This document shows, one piece after another, positions 1 to 8,921 of a stretch of DNA of 64,000 bases. Source of the DNA: Pseudolabrys sp. (GTDB lineage Bacteria; Pseudomonadota; Alphaproteobacteria; Rhizobiales; Xanthobacteraceae); contig DATIWJ010000087.1 in NCBI GenBank assembly GCA_035519415.1, forward strand, positions 567 to 64,566. Direction: 5' to 3'. The translations under genes and the position numbers were made by a program. The first letter of the stretch is position 1, and every line of letters starts with the position of its first letter. The notes under the pieces are model-generated. The model made no database searches. It saw nothing but the letters and a program-made list of their open reading frames with translations, and was not told the DNA's origin.

Positions 1-135
1 GACTGGCGCTTCTTCTGGATAGTGCTTGTTCGATCCCATGCGGAAGGTGCCGCCAGGGATGTGGACCATGTTTGTGTGTAGCGCCGGGCCCGGTGTGTCG
101 ACTGGATCTATAACTGGCGGCTCGACGAACGACAC
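1..135 (-). CDS. Formylglycine-generating enzyme (SUMF1/FGE-sulfatase) family protein, 5' part only (runs off window start)
   Basis: Not in the ORF track. Manual translation from GTG at 135 (GGGAG RBS 7 nt upstream) gives MSFVEPPVIDPVDTPGPALHTNMVHIPGGTFRMGSNKHYPEEAPV; the M-x-x-IPGGTFRMGS...YPEEAP motif is typical of FGE-family N-termini. Confidence 0.8.
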   Translation of the reverse strand, partial: MSFVEPPVIDPVDTPGPALHTNMVHIPGGTFRMGSNKHYPEEAPV

Positions 136-286
136 GACTCAACTCCCGCATCGGCAGGGGCAAGAACAAAGCCGCAGACATGTTGCGGCGGATGCCGCGT
201 GTCATCAATTGACGAAATTGTGATGGGCCAGCATCGCTGATCGACGGCGCGAGCTGTTCCGAATTCCGTTCTCACCCGGTTTTTGC

Positions 287-301
287 GTTCACGCTAAGTT
301 C
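287..301 (+). promoter_or_regulatory. Perfect alphaproteobacterial LexA-box-like direct repeat GTTC-N7-GTTC
   Basis: GTTCACGCTAAGTTC in the divergent intergenic region; near-copy GTTC-N7-GTTT at 268-282. Confidence 0.4.
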
Positions 302-445
302 CCGAAAGTCTTACGTTTTGCGGCATCCCGGTACGGCGGCTGTGGCACGACTGTCACGCCTGCGCGGATTTTCGGCGATCTGCCGTCCGCCCAATGTGCT
401 CCGTCACACGACAGCCTAATCTGTCGACTCGAAGGCGAGGCGACG

Positions 446-1516
446 GTGAAACAAGTGGCGCATAGCAAGCTTGCAAAGCAAATAGCACTCTGCGCACTCG
501 TCGCGATCAGCTGTGCTGCGAAACCGGCCATTGCCGACGAAGGCGGCGTGAGTTTCTGGGTCCCGGGCTTCTTCGGCAGTCTGGCAGCGACGCCGCAGGT
601 ACCCGGATTTTCATTGGCCAATGTTTTTTATTACAACCAGGTTTCTGCCGGCGGGAACGTGGCGTTCGCGAAGCAGGTACCTGGCGGCAACATAAACGTG
701 AACTTCAACGGCAACCTCAACGCTAACGTTCACGGCAGCGCCGAGCCATTGTATCTCGCGATCCCGGGCTACACGTTTGCGACACCGGTGTTGGGCGGTC
801 AGGCCAACATCAGCTTGGGAGTACCCTACGGACGAATTGAGAGCAGTGTTGACGCAACAATAGCGGGCAACCTGGGATTGGGTGGTCCCGGATTTACGAT
901 TGGGCGCAGCCTCACCCAAACGGCTACCGGTTTTGGCGATCTGCTACCAATGGCTTCCCTGCGCTGGAATTTTGGCGTCAATAATTTCATGACCTACTTG
1001 ACGGGAAATCTGACGACGGGAGTGTATCACTCAAGTTCAATTGCCAATCTCGGTATAGGACACAACGCAATCGACGCGGGCGGGGCCTATACTTACTTCG
1101 ATCCGAAGACCGGACGCGAATTTTCCGCCACACTCGGCTTCACCTACAACTTCGAAAACGAGCACACGAACTACCAGAACGGCATCGACATGCATCTGGA
1201 TTGGGGTGCATCGCAATTCCTGACCAAGCAGTGGCAAGTTGGACTCGTTGGCTATTGGTACCAGCAGCTCTCCTGCGACAGCGGCTCAGGCGACCGCGTC
1301 GGATGCTTCGAATCGCGCGTGGTCGGAATTGGACCGCAGATCGGCTACATCTTTCCCATCAGCAAGGAATGGCAGGGATACTTGAATCTCAAGGGCTATG
1401 GCGAATTTGCCGCACAGAACAGGCCCGATGGCTGGAACGCCTGGCTGACATTCGCGATAACGCCCGCAGCGCCTGGCGAAGCGCCGCCGTCGTCCAGACG
1501 CATCGTCACGAAATAA
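446..1516 (+). CDS. Outer-membrane beta-barrel 'transporter', SphA / phenol MetA-pathway family
   Basis: Signal peptide then DEGGVSFWVPGFFGSLAATPQ, aromatic/Gly-rich beta-strand pattern; GTG start. Confidence 0.75.
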   Translation: MKQVAHSKLAKQIALCALVAISCAAKPAIADEGGVSFWVPGFFGSLAATPQVPGFSLANVFYYNQVSAGGNVAFAKQVPGGNINVNFNGNLNANVHGSAEPLYLAIPGYTFATPVLGGQANISLGVPYGRIESSVDATIAGNLGLGGPGFTIGRSLTQTATGFGDLLPMASLRWNFGVNNFMTYLTGNLTTGVYHSSSIANLGIGHNAIDAGGAYTYFDPKTGREFSATLGFTYNFENEHTNYQNGIDMHLDWGASQFLTKQWQVGLVGYWYQQLSCDSGSGDRVGCFESRVVGIGPQIGYIFPISKEWQGYLNLKGYGEFAAQNRPDGWNAWLTFAITPAAPGEAPPSSRRIVTK

Positions 1517-1519
1517 AGT

Positions 1520-1551
1520 GTAGCCCCGCCGAAAACACTAGGCGGGGCTAC
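1520..1551 (+). terminator. Intrinsic terminator-like hairpin after the transporter gene
   Basis: Perfect 11-bp inverted repeat GTAGCCCCGCC-N10-GGCGGGGCTAC 3 nt after the stop; no strong U-tract. Confidence 0.6.
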
Positions 1552-1653
1552 CGAATACAACACGCCGGGGTGTGGCGGGACCCGACGATTGCACTCGAAC
1601 TGTAGTCGTGGCGGATGCGAGAATGGTTCATCTCATCCGCGTCGAAAATCGCG

Positions 1654-1839
1654 TCAGCTGAAAATTACTGAAAAGATGTGAGAGGCGAGGGGACCCAACA
1701 GTGTCTCCAGCACCAAGCTGAAAAGGCCATAGAGCAGCGCTGCGGCCCAGACGGCCGATAAGCCCAGTCCAAAAGTCACGGCGACCGCCGGCCAAATTCG
1801 ACGAAAGGATGCGGCGGCTTGCGGGTCATGTGTCATCAA
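1654..1839 (-). CDS. Small hypothetical membrane protein (61 aa)
   Basis: Hydrophobic stretch IWPAVAVTFGLGLSAVWAAALLYGLFSLV; fills an otherwise empty gap. Confidence 0.45.
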   Translation of the reverse strand: MMTHDPQAAASFRRIWPAVAVTFGLGLSAVWAAALLYGLFSLVLETLLGPLASHIFSVIFS

Positions 1840-1959
1840 TCCATTTGACGGACGATCGATGACAAAGGTTCAAAGCATTTTTGAATGATTTACTGCCGAG
1901 GTGTCTTGGCACCGGTGGCTTGCTCCCGTCGCCTGCCATTGATACCTAGTCCCAGACTG

Positions 1960-1993
1960 GTCATGGCCGGGCTATCCCGGCCATCCACGTCTT
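1960..1993 (+). repeat. Half-copy of the Rhizobiales interspersed palindromic (REP-like) element
   Basis: GTCATGGCCGGGCTATCCCGGCCATCCACGTCTT resembles the GTCATGGCCGGGCTTGTCCCGGCCATCCACGTCTT repeat of Bradyrhizobium/Rhodopseudomonas genomes; internal hairpin ATGGCCGGG-CTAT-CCCGGCCAT. Confidence 0.7.
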
Positions 1994-2009
1994 TGAACGA
2001 ACACCCGAA

Positions 2010-3566
2010 ATGCCGGCCAAGACGCCTTTTTACATTACCACCGCGATCTCATATCCGAATGGCCCACCGCATATCGGCCATGCCTATGAGGCGATCGCCA
2101 CCGACGCCATCGCGCGCTTCATGCGGCTCGATGGCTATGACGTCTATTTCCTCACCGGTACCGACGAGCACGGGCAGAAGATCCAGCAGACGGCGGCGAA
2201 GGAAGGGCTCACGCCGCGCCAATTGCTCGACCGCAACGTCCCACGCTTCGAGGCGATGGTTAAACGGATGAATTGCTCGAACGACGACTTCATCCACACG
2301 ACTGAAGAGCGTCATCACCGCTCATCCGAAGCGATCTGGCAGCGGATGGAGCAGAATGGCGACATCTACCTTGGCAAATACGCCGGCTGGTACTCGGTGC
2401 GCGATGAAGCCTACTACGCCGAGAACGAGACCCATCTGAATGAGCAGAAAGTACGCGTCGCCGCCAAGACCGGCACGCCAGTCGAATGGGTCGAGGAGGC
2501 GAGCTATTTTTTCAAGCTCTCCGCCTATCAGGAAAAGCTGCTTGAACTGTACGCGCGGCCGAATTTCGTGCTGCCGAAAGAGCGGCTGAACGAGGTCGCC
2601 AGCTTCGTGCGCGGCGGCCTCCAGGATCTGTCGATCTCCCGCACCACGTTCGACTGGGGCATTCGCGTGCCCGGGACCGACGGCCACATCATGTATGTGT
2701 GGGTGGATGCGCTCACCAATTACATCACAGGCGTCGGTTTCCCGGATACCGGCAGCGAAAAATTCAAGCGCTACTGGCCGGCATCAGTGCACGTGATCGG
2801 TAAAGATATCGTGCGCTTTCACGCAGTCTACTGGCCGGCTTTCCTGATGTCGGCCGGCCTCGACGTGCCACAACGCATCTTCTCGCACGGGTTTCTGTTC
2901 AATCGCGGAGAGAAGATGTCGAAGTCCGTCGGCAATGTGATCGATCCATTCACGATGGCCGATACCTACGGAGTCGATCAGTTTCGCTATTTCTTCCTGC
3001 GCGAGGTTCCGTTCGGCCAGGATGGCAACTACAGCCATGAGGCGATCGTCAATCGCATCAATGCTGATCTGGCAAACGACCTCGGCAACCTGGCACAACG
3101 GTCGCTGTCGATGATCGCCAAGGCTGTCGGCGGCAAGCTACCGGAGCCCGGCGCTTTCAGCGAAACGGACAAGACCATTCTCTCTGCTGCAGATGCGATG
3201 ATCGGCACCGCGCGTGAGCACATGAAGACGCAACAGCTACACCAGGTGCTCAATTGCGTCTGGGCGGTCGTCGCCGATGCCAATCGCTATTTTGCTTCGG
3301 AGGCGCCTTGGGCGCTCGCGAAGACCGATCCGAAGCGGCAGGGGACCGTGCTGTACGTGACCGCGGAAATCTTGCGCCAGGTTGCGATCTTGGCGCAGCC
3401 ATTCGTGCCGGCTTCCGCGTCCAAACTGCTCGATCTTCTCGCAATCAGATCGGACGAGCGCAACTTCGACGTGCTTGAACCGACCTCAAGGATCAAGGCT
3501 GGCGTGACTTTGCCGGCGCCGACACCTGTGTTCCCCCGTTACGTCGACGCAGAAGAAAAAGCGTGA
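2010..3566 (+). CDS. metG: Methionine--tRNA ligase
   Basis: [17 protein letters not shown] and KMSKS class I motifs; short form without C-terminal tRNA-binding domain. Confidence 0.97.
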   Translation: MPAKTPFYITTAISYPNGPPHIGHAYEAIATDAIARFMRLDGYDVYFLTGTDEHGQKIQQTAAKEGLTPRQLLDRNVPRFEAMVKRMNCSNDDFIHTTEERHHRSSEAIWQRMEQNGDIYLGKYAGWYSVRDEAYYAENETHLNEQKVRVAAKTGTPVEWVEEASYFFKLSAYQEKLLELYARPNFVLPKERLNEVASFVRGGLQDLSISRTTFDWGIRVPGTDGHIMYVWVDALTNYITGVGFPDTGSEKFKRYWPASVHVIGKDIVRFHAVYWPAFLMSAGLDVPQRIFSHGFLFNRGEKMSKSVGNVIDPFTMADTYGVDQFRYFFLREVPFGQDGNYSHEAIVNRINADLANDLGNLAQRSLSMIAKAVGGKLPEPGAFSETDKTILSAADAMIGTAREHMKTQQLHQVLNCVWAVVADANRYFASEAPWALAKTDPKRQGTVLYVTAEILRQVAILAQPFVPASASKLLDLLAIRSDERNFDVLEPTSRIKAGVTLPAPTPVFPRYVDAEEKA

Positions 3567-3569
3567 GTC

Positions 3570-4364
3570 ATGCTTGTTGACAGCCATTGCCATCTGGATT
3601 TTCCGGATTTCTCCACCGAACTCGACGCGATCGTCGCTCGCGCGCGTATGGCCGGTATCGGTCGTCTGGTGACAATTTCAACGCGGGTGCACAGGCATGC
3701 TCAGGTGCTGGCAATTGCCGAGAGGTTTCCCGAAGTCTTTTGCTCTGTCGGAACCCATCCGCATTATTCGCACGAGGAGACTGACGTCGACGCCGCCAAA
3801 TTGATCGCAATTTCGAAACACCCGAAAGTGGTGGCGATCGGCGAGGCCGGCCTCGACTATTTCCGCAATAACAGTCCTCGCGACGCGCAAGCCGCAAGTT
3901 TCCGGCAACACATCGCAGCGGCTCGCGAGACAGGCCTGCCCTTGGTCATCCATTCACGTGACTGCGATGTCGATATGGCCAAAATTCTTCGCGAGGAAAG
4001 CGGGAAGGGTGCCTTCCCCGCTGTCCTGCACTGCTTCACCGGTGGCCGCGACCTGGCGTTCGCCGCCATAGACCTGGGGCACTATGTGTCATTCACCGGA
4101 ATTTTGACGTTCAAGAATTCGGACGCACTACGCGAAATCGCAGCCGCACTCCCGGCCGATCGCATCCTGGTCGAAACCGATGCGCCCTATCTCGCGCCGC
4201 TGCCTTATCGCGGAAAACGCAATGAACCTGCTTACGTAGCAGAAACAGCTAAGGTTTTAGCGGATACGCGCGGCGTTTCCTCTGCCGACATCGCGCGGCT
4301 GACGACCGAGAACTTTTTCCAGCTGTTCAATAAAGTGCCGCGCGAGTTGGCAGACGCCGCATGA
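3570..4364 (+). CDS. tatD: TatD family hydrolase/DNase
   Basis: DSHCHLD, AIGEAGLDY, IHSR, LVETDAPYLAP motifs. Confidence 0.95.
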   Translation: MLVDSHCHLDFPDFSTELDAIVARARMAGIGRLVTISTRVHRHAQVLAIAERFPEVFCSVGTHPHYSHEETDVDAAKLIAISKHPKVVAIGEAGLDYFRNNSPRDAQAASFRQHIAAARETGLPLVIHSRDCDVDMAKILREESGKGAFPAVLHCFTGGRDLAFAAIDLGHYVSFTGILTFKNSDALREIAAALPADRILVETDAPYLAPLPYRGKRNEPAYVAETAKVLADTRGVSSADIARLTTENFFQLFNKVPRELADAA

Positions 4365-5161
4365 CATTAACCTTCACCATCCTGGGCTGCGGCTCGTCGA
4401 TGGGCGTTCCACGGGTGGCGCTGGGCTGGGGCGAGTGCGATCCGAACAACCCGAAGAACCGGCGGCGACGCTGCTCGCTCCTGGTTGAACGTTCGAACGC
4501 CCAGGGGCATCGGACGCGGGTCCTCGTCGACTGCTCGCCCGATCTGCGCATGCAGTTGTTGGATACCGAGGTCGACTGGGTCGATGGTGTGTTGATCACC
4601 CATGAGCACGCCGACCACACGCACGGCATTGATGATTTACGGCCGTTGTTCGTCCACAGGCGCCGCCGCGTCGGTGTTTATCTCGATGAGCCAACCTCGC
4701 GCGCCATGCACGCGCGGTTCGGCTATTGCTTCATGACGCCGCCCGGCAGTGAATATCCGCCGATTGCGATCGAGAAGCGTCTGGTGCCGGGCGAGCTGGT
4801 TAACATCGCGGGGTCTGGCGGCGCTATCGAGGCGTTGCCTGTTCTCCAGGAGCACGGCGACATCCCGTCTTTGGGCTTCAGGTTTGGCAATGTCGCCTAT
4901 TCGGCGGACATCAAAGGCTTGCCGGCGGACAGCATCGCGGCTCTGACAGGGCTCGACGTCTGGATCGTCGACGCGTTACGCAAGACGCCACACCCGAGCC
5001 ATTTCAACCTTGATGAGGCGCTGCATTGGATTGCCAGGATCAAACCCAAACGGGCCATTCTGACCAATCTGCATACCGATATGGACTACGCGGCGCTCCG
5101 GGCTCAATTGCCGCCGACAGTCGAGCCGGCCTACGACCTGATGAGCTTCGCTACGGGCTAA
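4361..5161 (+). CDS. MBL-fold metallo-hydrolase (PhnP-like)
   Basis: ILGCGSSMGVP, THEHADHTHG (HxHxDH) motif; conserved metG-tatD-MBL order. Confidence 0.9.
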   Translation: MTLTFTILGCGSSMGVPRVALGWGECDPNNPKNRRRRCSLLVERSNAQGHRTRVLVDCSPDLRMQLLDTEVDWVDGVLITHEHADHTHGIDDLRPLFVHRRRRVGVYLDEPTSRAMHARFGYCFMTPPGSEYPPIAIEKRLVPGELVNIAGSGGAIEALPVLQEHGDIPSLGFRFGNVAYSADIKGLPADSIAALTGLDVWIVDALRKTPHPSHFNLDEALHWIARIKPKRAILTNLHTDMDYAALRAQLPPTVEPAYDLMSFATG

Positions 5162-5250
5162 GGTGAATCTCGGCTCCGCCCGGCACTCCTTGAAGTATCG
5201 ACTTTTATCCAAATTTGTTGCGAGCCCCGCAATATCAGGCCTTATGAGAG

Positions 5251-5278
5251 ATGTTCCATAATATGTCTTATGCGAATC
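5251..5278 (-). other. dif: XerC/XerD dif site (chromosome dimer resolution)
   Basis: Minus strand GATTCGCATAA-GACATA-TTATGGAACAT: 11-6-11 layout with the CATAA-N6-TTATG core, resembling rhizobial dif (TAATCGCATAAGATATATTATGGAACT-type, from memory); intergenic. Confidence 0.85.
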
Positions 5279-5363
5279 ATGGATGTATCGTCGCGGCCGC
5301 AGCCCCGCTTTGCTACGGTCGCGGCAACGCTTTTGCCAAACCCCAAGCTCACGTCCGACCCCT

Positions 5364-6176
5364 GTGAAGCCATCCCGCGATATTGCCCGCCTGATCGAGA
5401 TCATGGGGGCCTTGCGCACGCCTGGGAGCGGTTGCCCGTGGGATCTTGAGCAGGATTTCAGGAGCGTCGCTCCCTATACGCTTGAGGAAGCCTATGAGGT
5501 GGCCGACGCCATCGCACGCGACGATCTTGCAGGACTGAAGGACGAACTGGGCGATTTGCTCTTGCAGGTCGCATTCCACGCCCGGATGGCAGAGGAACAA
5601 GGCGCGTTCGATTTCGGCGATGTGGTTGAAGCCGTCACTACGAAGCTCATCCGTCGCCATCCGCACGTGTTTGCCGATGCTGACGGCAAGACCGCGAAGG
5701 CGGTTGAGGGGCTTTGGGCACGGATCAAGGCGGAGGAAAGCGCCGAACGCGGCGAGGAGGTGCCCAAGGGGGCGCTGGCAGGAGTGCCGGTTGCCCTGCC
5801 CGCGTTAACCCGCGCCCTGAAGCTCCAGGACAAGGCCGGACGCGTCGGTTTCGATTGGAAGGATCCGCGTGCGGTTCTCGCCAAAATTCGAGAAGAGGCG
5901 GACGAAATCGAAGCCGAGCTTGATCGTGGCGAGAAAGGCCGGATGGCCGCGGAAGTTGGCGATCTTCTGTTCGCCGTCGTCAACCTCGCTCGCCATCTCG
6001 ATGCCGACCCTGAAGGCATCCTGCGCGACACCAACATCAAGTTCGAGCGCCGTTTCGCTTCGATCGAGCGCGCGCTCGCTGCTCGTGGCAAGGCGCCCAA
6101 AGATGCAAGTCTGACGGAAATGGACAAACTGTGGGACGAAGCAAAAGAGGCGGAGAAATCTCAGTCTAAGCGTTGA
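5364..6176 (+). CDS. mazG: Nucleoside triphosphate pyrophosphohydrolase MazG
   Basis: LRTPGSGCPWDLEQ, EEAYEVADAI, ELGDLLLQV; GTG at 5364 (MKPSRDI) preferred over ORF-track start 5283; 11-nt convergent overlap with hflX. Confidence 0.95.
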   Translation: MKPSRDIARLIEIMGALRTPGSGCPWDLEQDFRSVAPYTLEEAYEVADAIARDDLAGLKDELGDLLLQVAFHARMAEEQGAFDFGDVVEAVTTKLIRRHPHVFADADGKTAKAVEGLWARIKAEESAERGEEVPKGALAGVPVALPALTRALKLQDKAGRVGFDWKDPRAVLAKIREEADEIEAELDRGEKGRMAAEVGDLLFAVVNLARHLDADPEGILRDTNIKFERRFASIERALAARGKAPKDASLTEMDKLWDEAKEAEKSQSKR

Positions 6177-7530
6177 ATTTTGCACGCACCTGCGCGGCTT
6201 TGTCGGGGTCGGCGCGCACCGTTACCGCCAGCCGGCCGTCGTCACGGAGACCCTTGGACAGTACCTCGGAGTGCCGGTAGAGCCAGCTCAAACCTGCACC
6301 GTCGGCCGGATCGATTGAAAGTTCGAGAGTCTGCCGGCTTTCGCTCAAGCGCACCTCGATCGCATCGATCAGGCGATCGATGCCTTCGCCGCTCAATGCC
6401 GACACTGTCACGGTCCGACGATGTGTTGGCTGCCTTTCGACAAGGTTGAGCAACCTGGCGCGGCCTTCATTGTCGAGCCGGTCGATCTTGTTCCAGACCT
6501 CGATCAGACGCCGGTCGGAGGCTGCGATGCCAAGTTCGGCCAGCACCGTCTCGACATCTTTCGATTGCGCTCCGGAGTCGTCATGCGACACGTCGCGTAC
6601 GTGCAAAATGACATCGGCTTCGATGACCTCTTCCAATGTCGCTCGAAAAGCTGCCACCAGCATGGTGGGAAGATCCGAAATAAATCCCACCGTGTCCGAC
6701 AGAATGATCCGGACACCGTGTGGCAGATTGACCGCACGTAACGTCGGATCGAGCGTGGCGAACAACATATCTGCCGACAATACGCTCGCAGTAGTCATGC
6801 GATTGAACAGCGTCGATTTGCCCGCATTGGTGTAACCGACCAGCGCTACAATTGGATATGGCACGCGCTTTCGGCTATCGCGGTGCAGTTTGCGGGTGCG
6901 CTTGACCCTTTCGAGCTCCGCCTCGATGCGCGCAATGCGCTCCTCGATAACCCGCCGGTCTGCCTCGATCTGGGTCTCGCCCGGCCCGCCAAGGAAGCCA
7001 AATCCGCCGCGTTGACGCTCAAGATGGGTCCACGAGCGAACCAGCCGGCTCTTCTGGTACGTGAGATGCGCGAGCTCGACTTGTAATGCGCCTTCCCGCG
7101 TGCGGGCGCGCCGGCCGAAGATTTCAAGGATCAGGCCCGTGCGGTCGATGACTTTCGTATTCCACGCCTTCTCAAGATTACGCTGCTGGACCGGCGAGAC
7201 GGGGCAGTCCATCACGACCACAGACGCTGAAAGGCTTTTCACCAGCCCCGCGATTTCGTCGACCTTTCCCTTGCCGATATAGGTCGCGGGCCGGATGTCA
7301 TTGAGAGTCACCAGCCCCGCTTCGACGACAGTCAGGTCGATGGCACGCGCGAGGCCGGCCGCTTCCTCAAGCCGCGCTTCAGGCGTCCGCGCATCCGCCG
7401 GCGCAAGCGCGCCATTTTTACACGGTGGATTTTTCAACCACGGCTCAATGACAATCGCACGGCCAGTCTCAGTGCCCGTTGTGGTTGGGCTCAGGAGATC
7501 GGCGCGTTGATCACGGCGACGTACTTCCAA
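6166..7530 (-). CDS. hflX: GTPase HflX
   Basis: GPGETQIEADRR, G1 VGYTNAGKST, DTVGF, NKID; TTG start abutting the hfq stop. Confidence 0.97.
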   Translation of the reverse strand: MEVRRRDQRADLLSPTTTGTETGRAIVIEPWLKNPPCKNGALAPADARTPEARLEEAAGLARAIDLTVVEAGLVTLNDIRPATYIGKGKVDEIAGLVKSLSASVVVMDCPVSPVQQRNLEKAWNTKVIDRTGLILEIFGRRARTREGALQVELAHLTYQKSRLVRSWTHLERQRGGFGFLGGPGETQIEADRRVIEERIARIEAELERVKRTRKLHRDSRKRVPYPIVALVGYTNAGKSTLFNRMTTASVLSADMLFATLDPTLRAVNLPHGVRIILSDTVGFISDLPTMLVAAFRATLEEVIEADVILHVRDVSHDDSGAQSKDVETVLAELGIAASDRRLIEVWNKIDRLDNEGRARLLNLVERQPTHRRTVTVSALSGEGIDRLIDAIEVRLSESRQTLELSIDPADGAGLSWLYRHSEVLSKGLRDDGRLAVTVRADPDKAAQVRAKFNA

Positions 7531-7791
7531 TTAGACCTTGTCTCCGGCCGGCGGCTCGTCGGCCCCTTCGAAGAGCTGAATAGGATGACCCGGCATGATC
7601 GTCGAAATCGCGTGCTTGTAAACGAGTTGAGAATGTCCGTCCCGTCGCAACAGCACGCAGAAGTTATCGAACCAGGTCACCACACCCTGCAACTTGACAC
7701 CATTCACCAGAAAGATGGTGAGAGGAATTTTGCTTTTGCGGACGTGATTGAGAAAAGTGTCTTGCAGATTTTGCGCACGATCGGCTGCCAT
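7531..7791 (-). CDS. hfq: RNA chaperone Hfq
   Basis: QNLQDTFLN...[11 protein letters not shown]...[13 protein letters not shown]. Confidence 0.98.
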   Translation of the reverse strand: MAADRAQNLQDTFLNHVRKSKIPLTIFLVNGVKLQGVVTWFDNFCVLLRRDGHSQLVYKHAISTIMPGHPIQLFEGADEPPAGDKV

Positions 7792-8054
7792 GGCCGTTTT
7801 TCCATTTTTTGCTCGCGTCTAGCGCGCGAGACCTTTATTTGCCCAAGTCCTTCCGCACACCCTTTTTGGAGGATGCGCCGCTTTGCCCCTCGCAGAAGCG
7901 GTGCGAGGCCCGGGAGGCACTATTAGATTGCAGGTGCTTCCCCGGCGCAAGCACAAGTTGGCGTAATCCATATCAAAGCTTTGAAATAACACATTTTTTC
8001 GCGCTTTGGCCGGCGGCCAAACTGCAATGCCCCGTCCGCCGGCAAAAGGCGAGA

Positions 8055-8915
8055 TTATTCGCTGAGCTCGGCGTGGCGGTGATAATCGCGGCGCAACGCC
8101 GTTGCGATCAAGCCGGGCGCCCCATTCCCAACGGGGCGTCCATCAATACTCACCACCGGCAATACGATCTGGCTCGCGGAGGTGACAAAAGCCTCGCGCG
8201 CGGCATAGGCCTCCTCGACCGTGAAGCAACGCTCTTCAAAGGCAAGCCCCTGAGCCTTGATCACATCGATCACCACCGAGCGCGTGATCCCCGGCAGGAT
8301 GTCTTGGCCGAGCGGATGGGTGATCAGCTTCCCGTCCCGGCTCACAATCCAGGCGTTCGATGATGCACCTTCGGTGACGCAGCCCTGCTCGTCTACAAGC
8401 CAAGCCTCACGTGCCCCCTGCTCGCGCGCGCGCTGTTTGGCTAACACGTTCGGCAGCAACGCCACCGATTTGATATCGACGCGCTTCCAGCGAATGTCCG
8501 GCACTGTGATAACCGCAACTCCCTCCGCGGCGAGTTGCTCGAGTTGCTCCGGATTATTGCTGCGTGCCGTGACAACCAGAGACGGCCGAGTTTCATCGGC
8601 TGGGAATGGAAAATCCCGTCGCGCAATACCGCGGGTAACCTGAACGTAGACGATACCATCGCGCACGTGGTTGCGCCGGATCGTCTCGCGCAGAACAATC
8701 TGCATCGCGGCTGACGACATTGGACGTGCAATACGTAGTTCGCCAAGCGAACGGTCGAGACGCGCCATGTGCCGCCTTTCGTCGACCAGGCGCCCTCCCC
8801 TGACCTCGCAGACTTCATAGACACCGTCGGCAAACTGGTAGCCGCGATCCTCGACGGCGACCTTCGCATCGTTCCCTGGCAAATAGCGTCCATTGACGTA
8901 AGCGATGCGCGACAT
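8055..8915 (-). CDS. dat: D-amino-acid transaminase (PLP class IV)
   Basis: EDRGYQFADGVYEV, DIKSVALLPNVL, EGASSN, ILPGITR. Confidence 0.9.
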   Translation of the reverse strand: MSRIAYVNGRYLPGNDAKVAVEDRGYQFADGVYEVCEVRGGRLVDERRHMARLDRSLGELRIARPMSSAAMQIVLRETIRRNHVRDGIVYVQVTRGIARRDFPFPADETRPSLVVTARSNNPEQLEQLAAEGVAVITVPDIRWKRVDIKSVALLPNVLAKQRAREQGAREAWLVDEQGCVTEGASSNAWIVSRDGKLITHPLGQDILPGITRSVVIDVIKAQGLAFEERCFTVEEAYAAREAFVTSASQIVLPVVSIDGRPVGNGAPGLIATALRRDYHRHAELSE

Positions 8916-8921
8916 GGAGAG

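Noticed and set aside
343-357. Possible sigma54 promoter TGGCACG...
   Set aside because: The -12 GC is missing at the required spacing (TGGCACGACTGTCAC).
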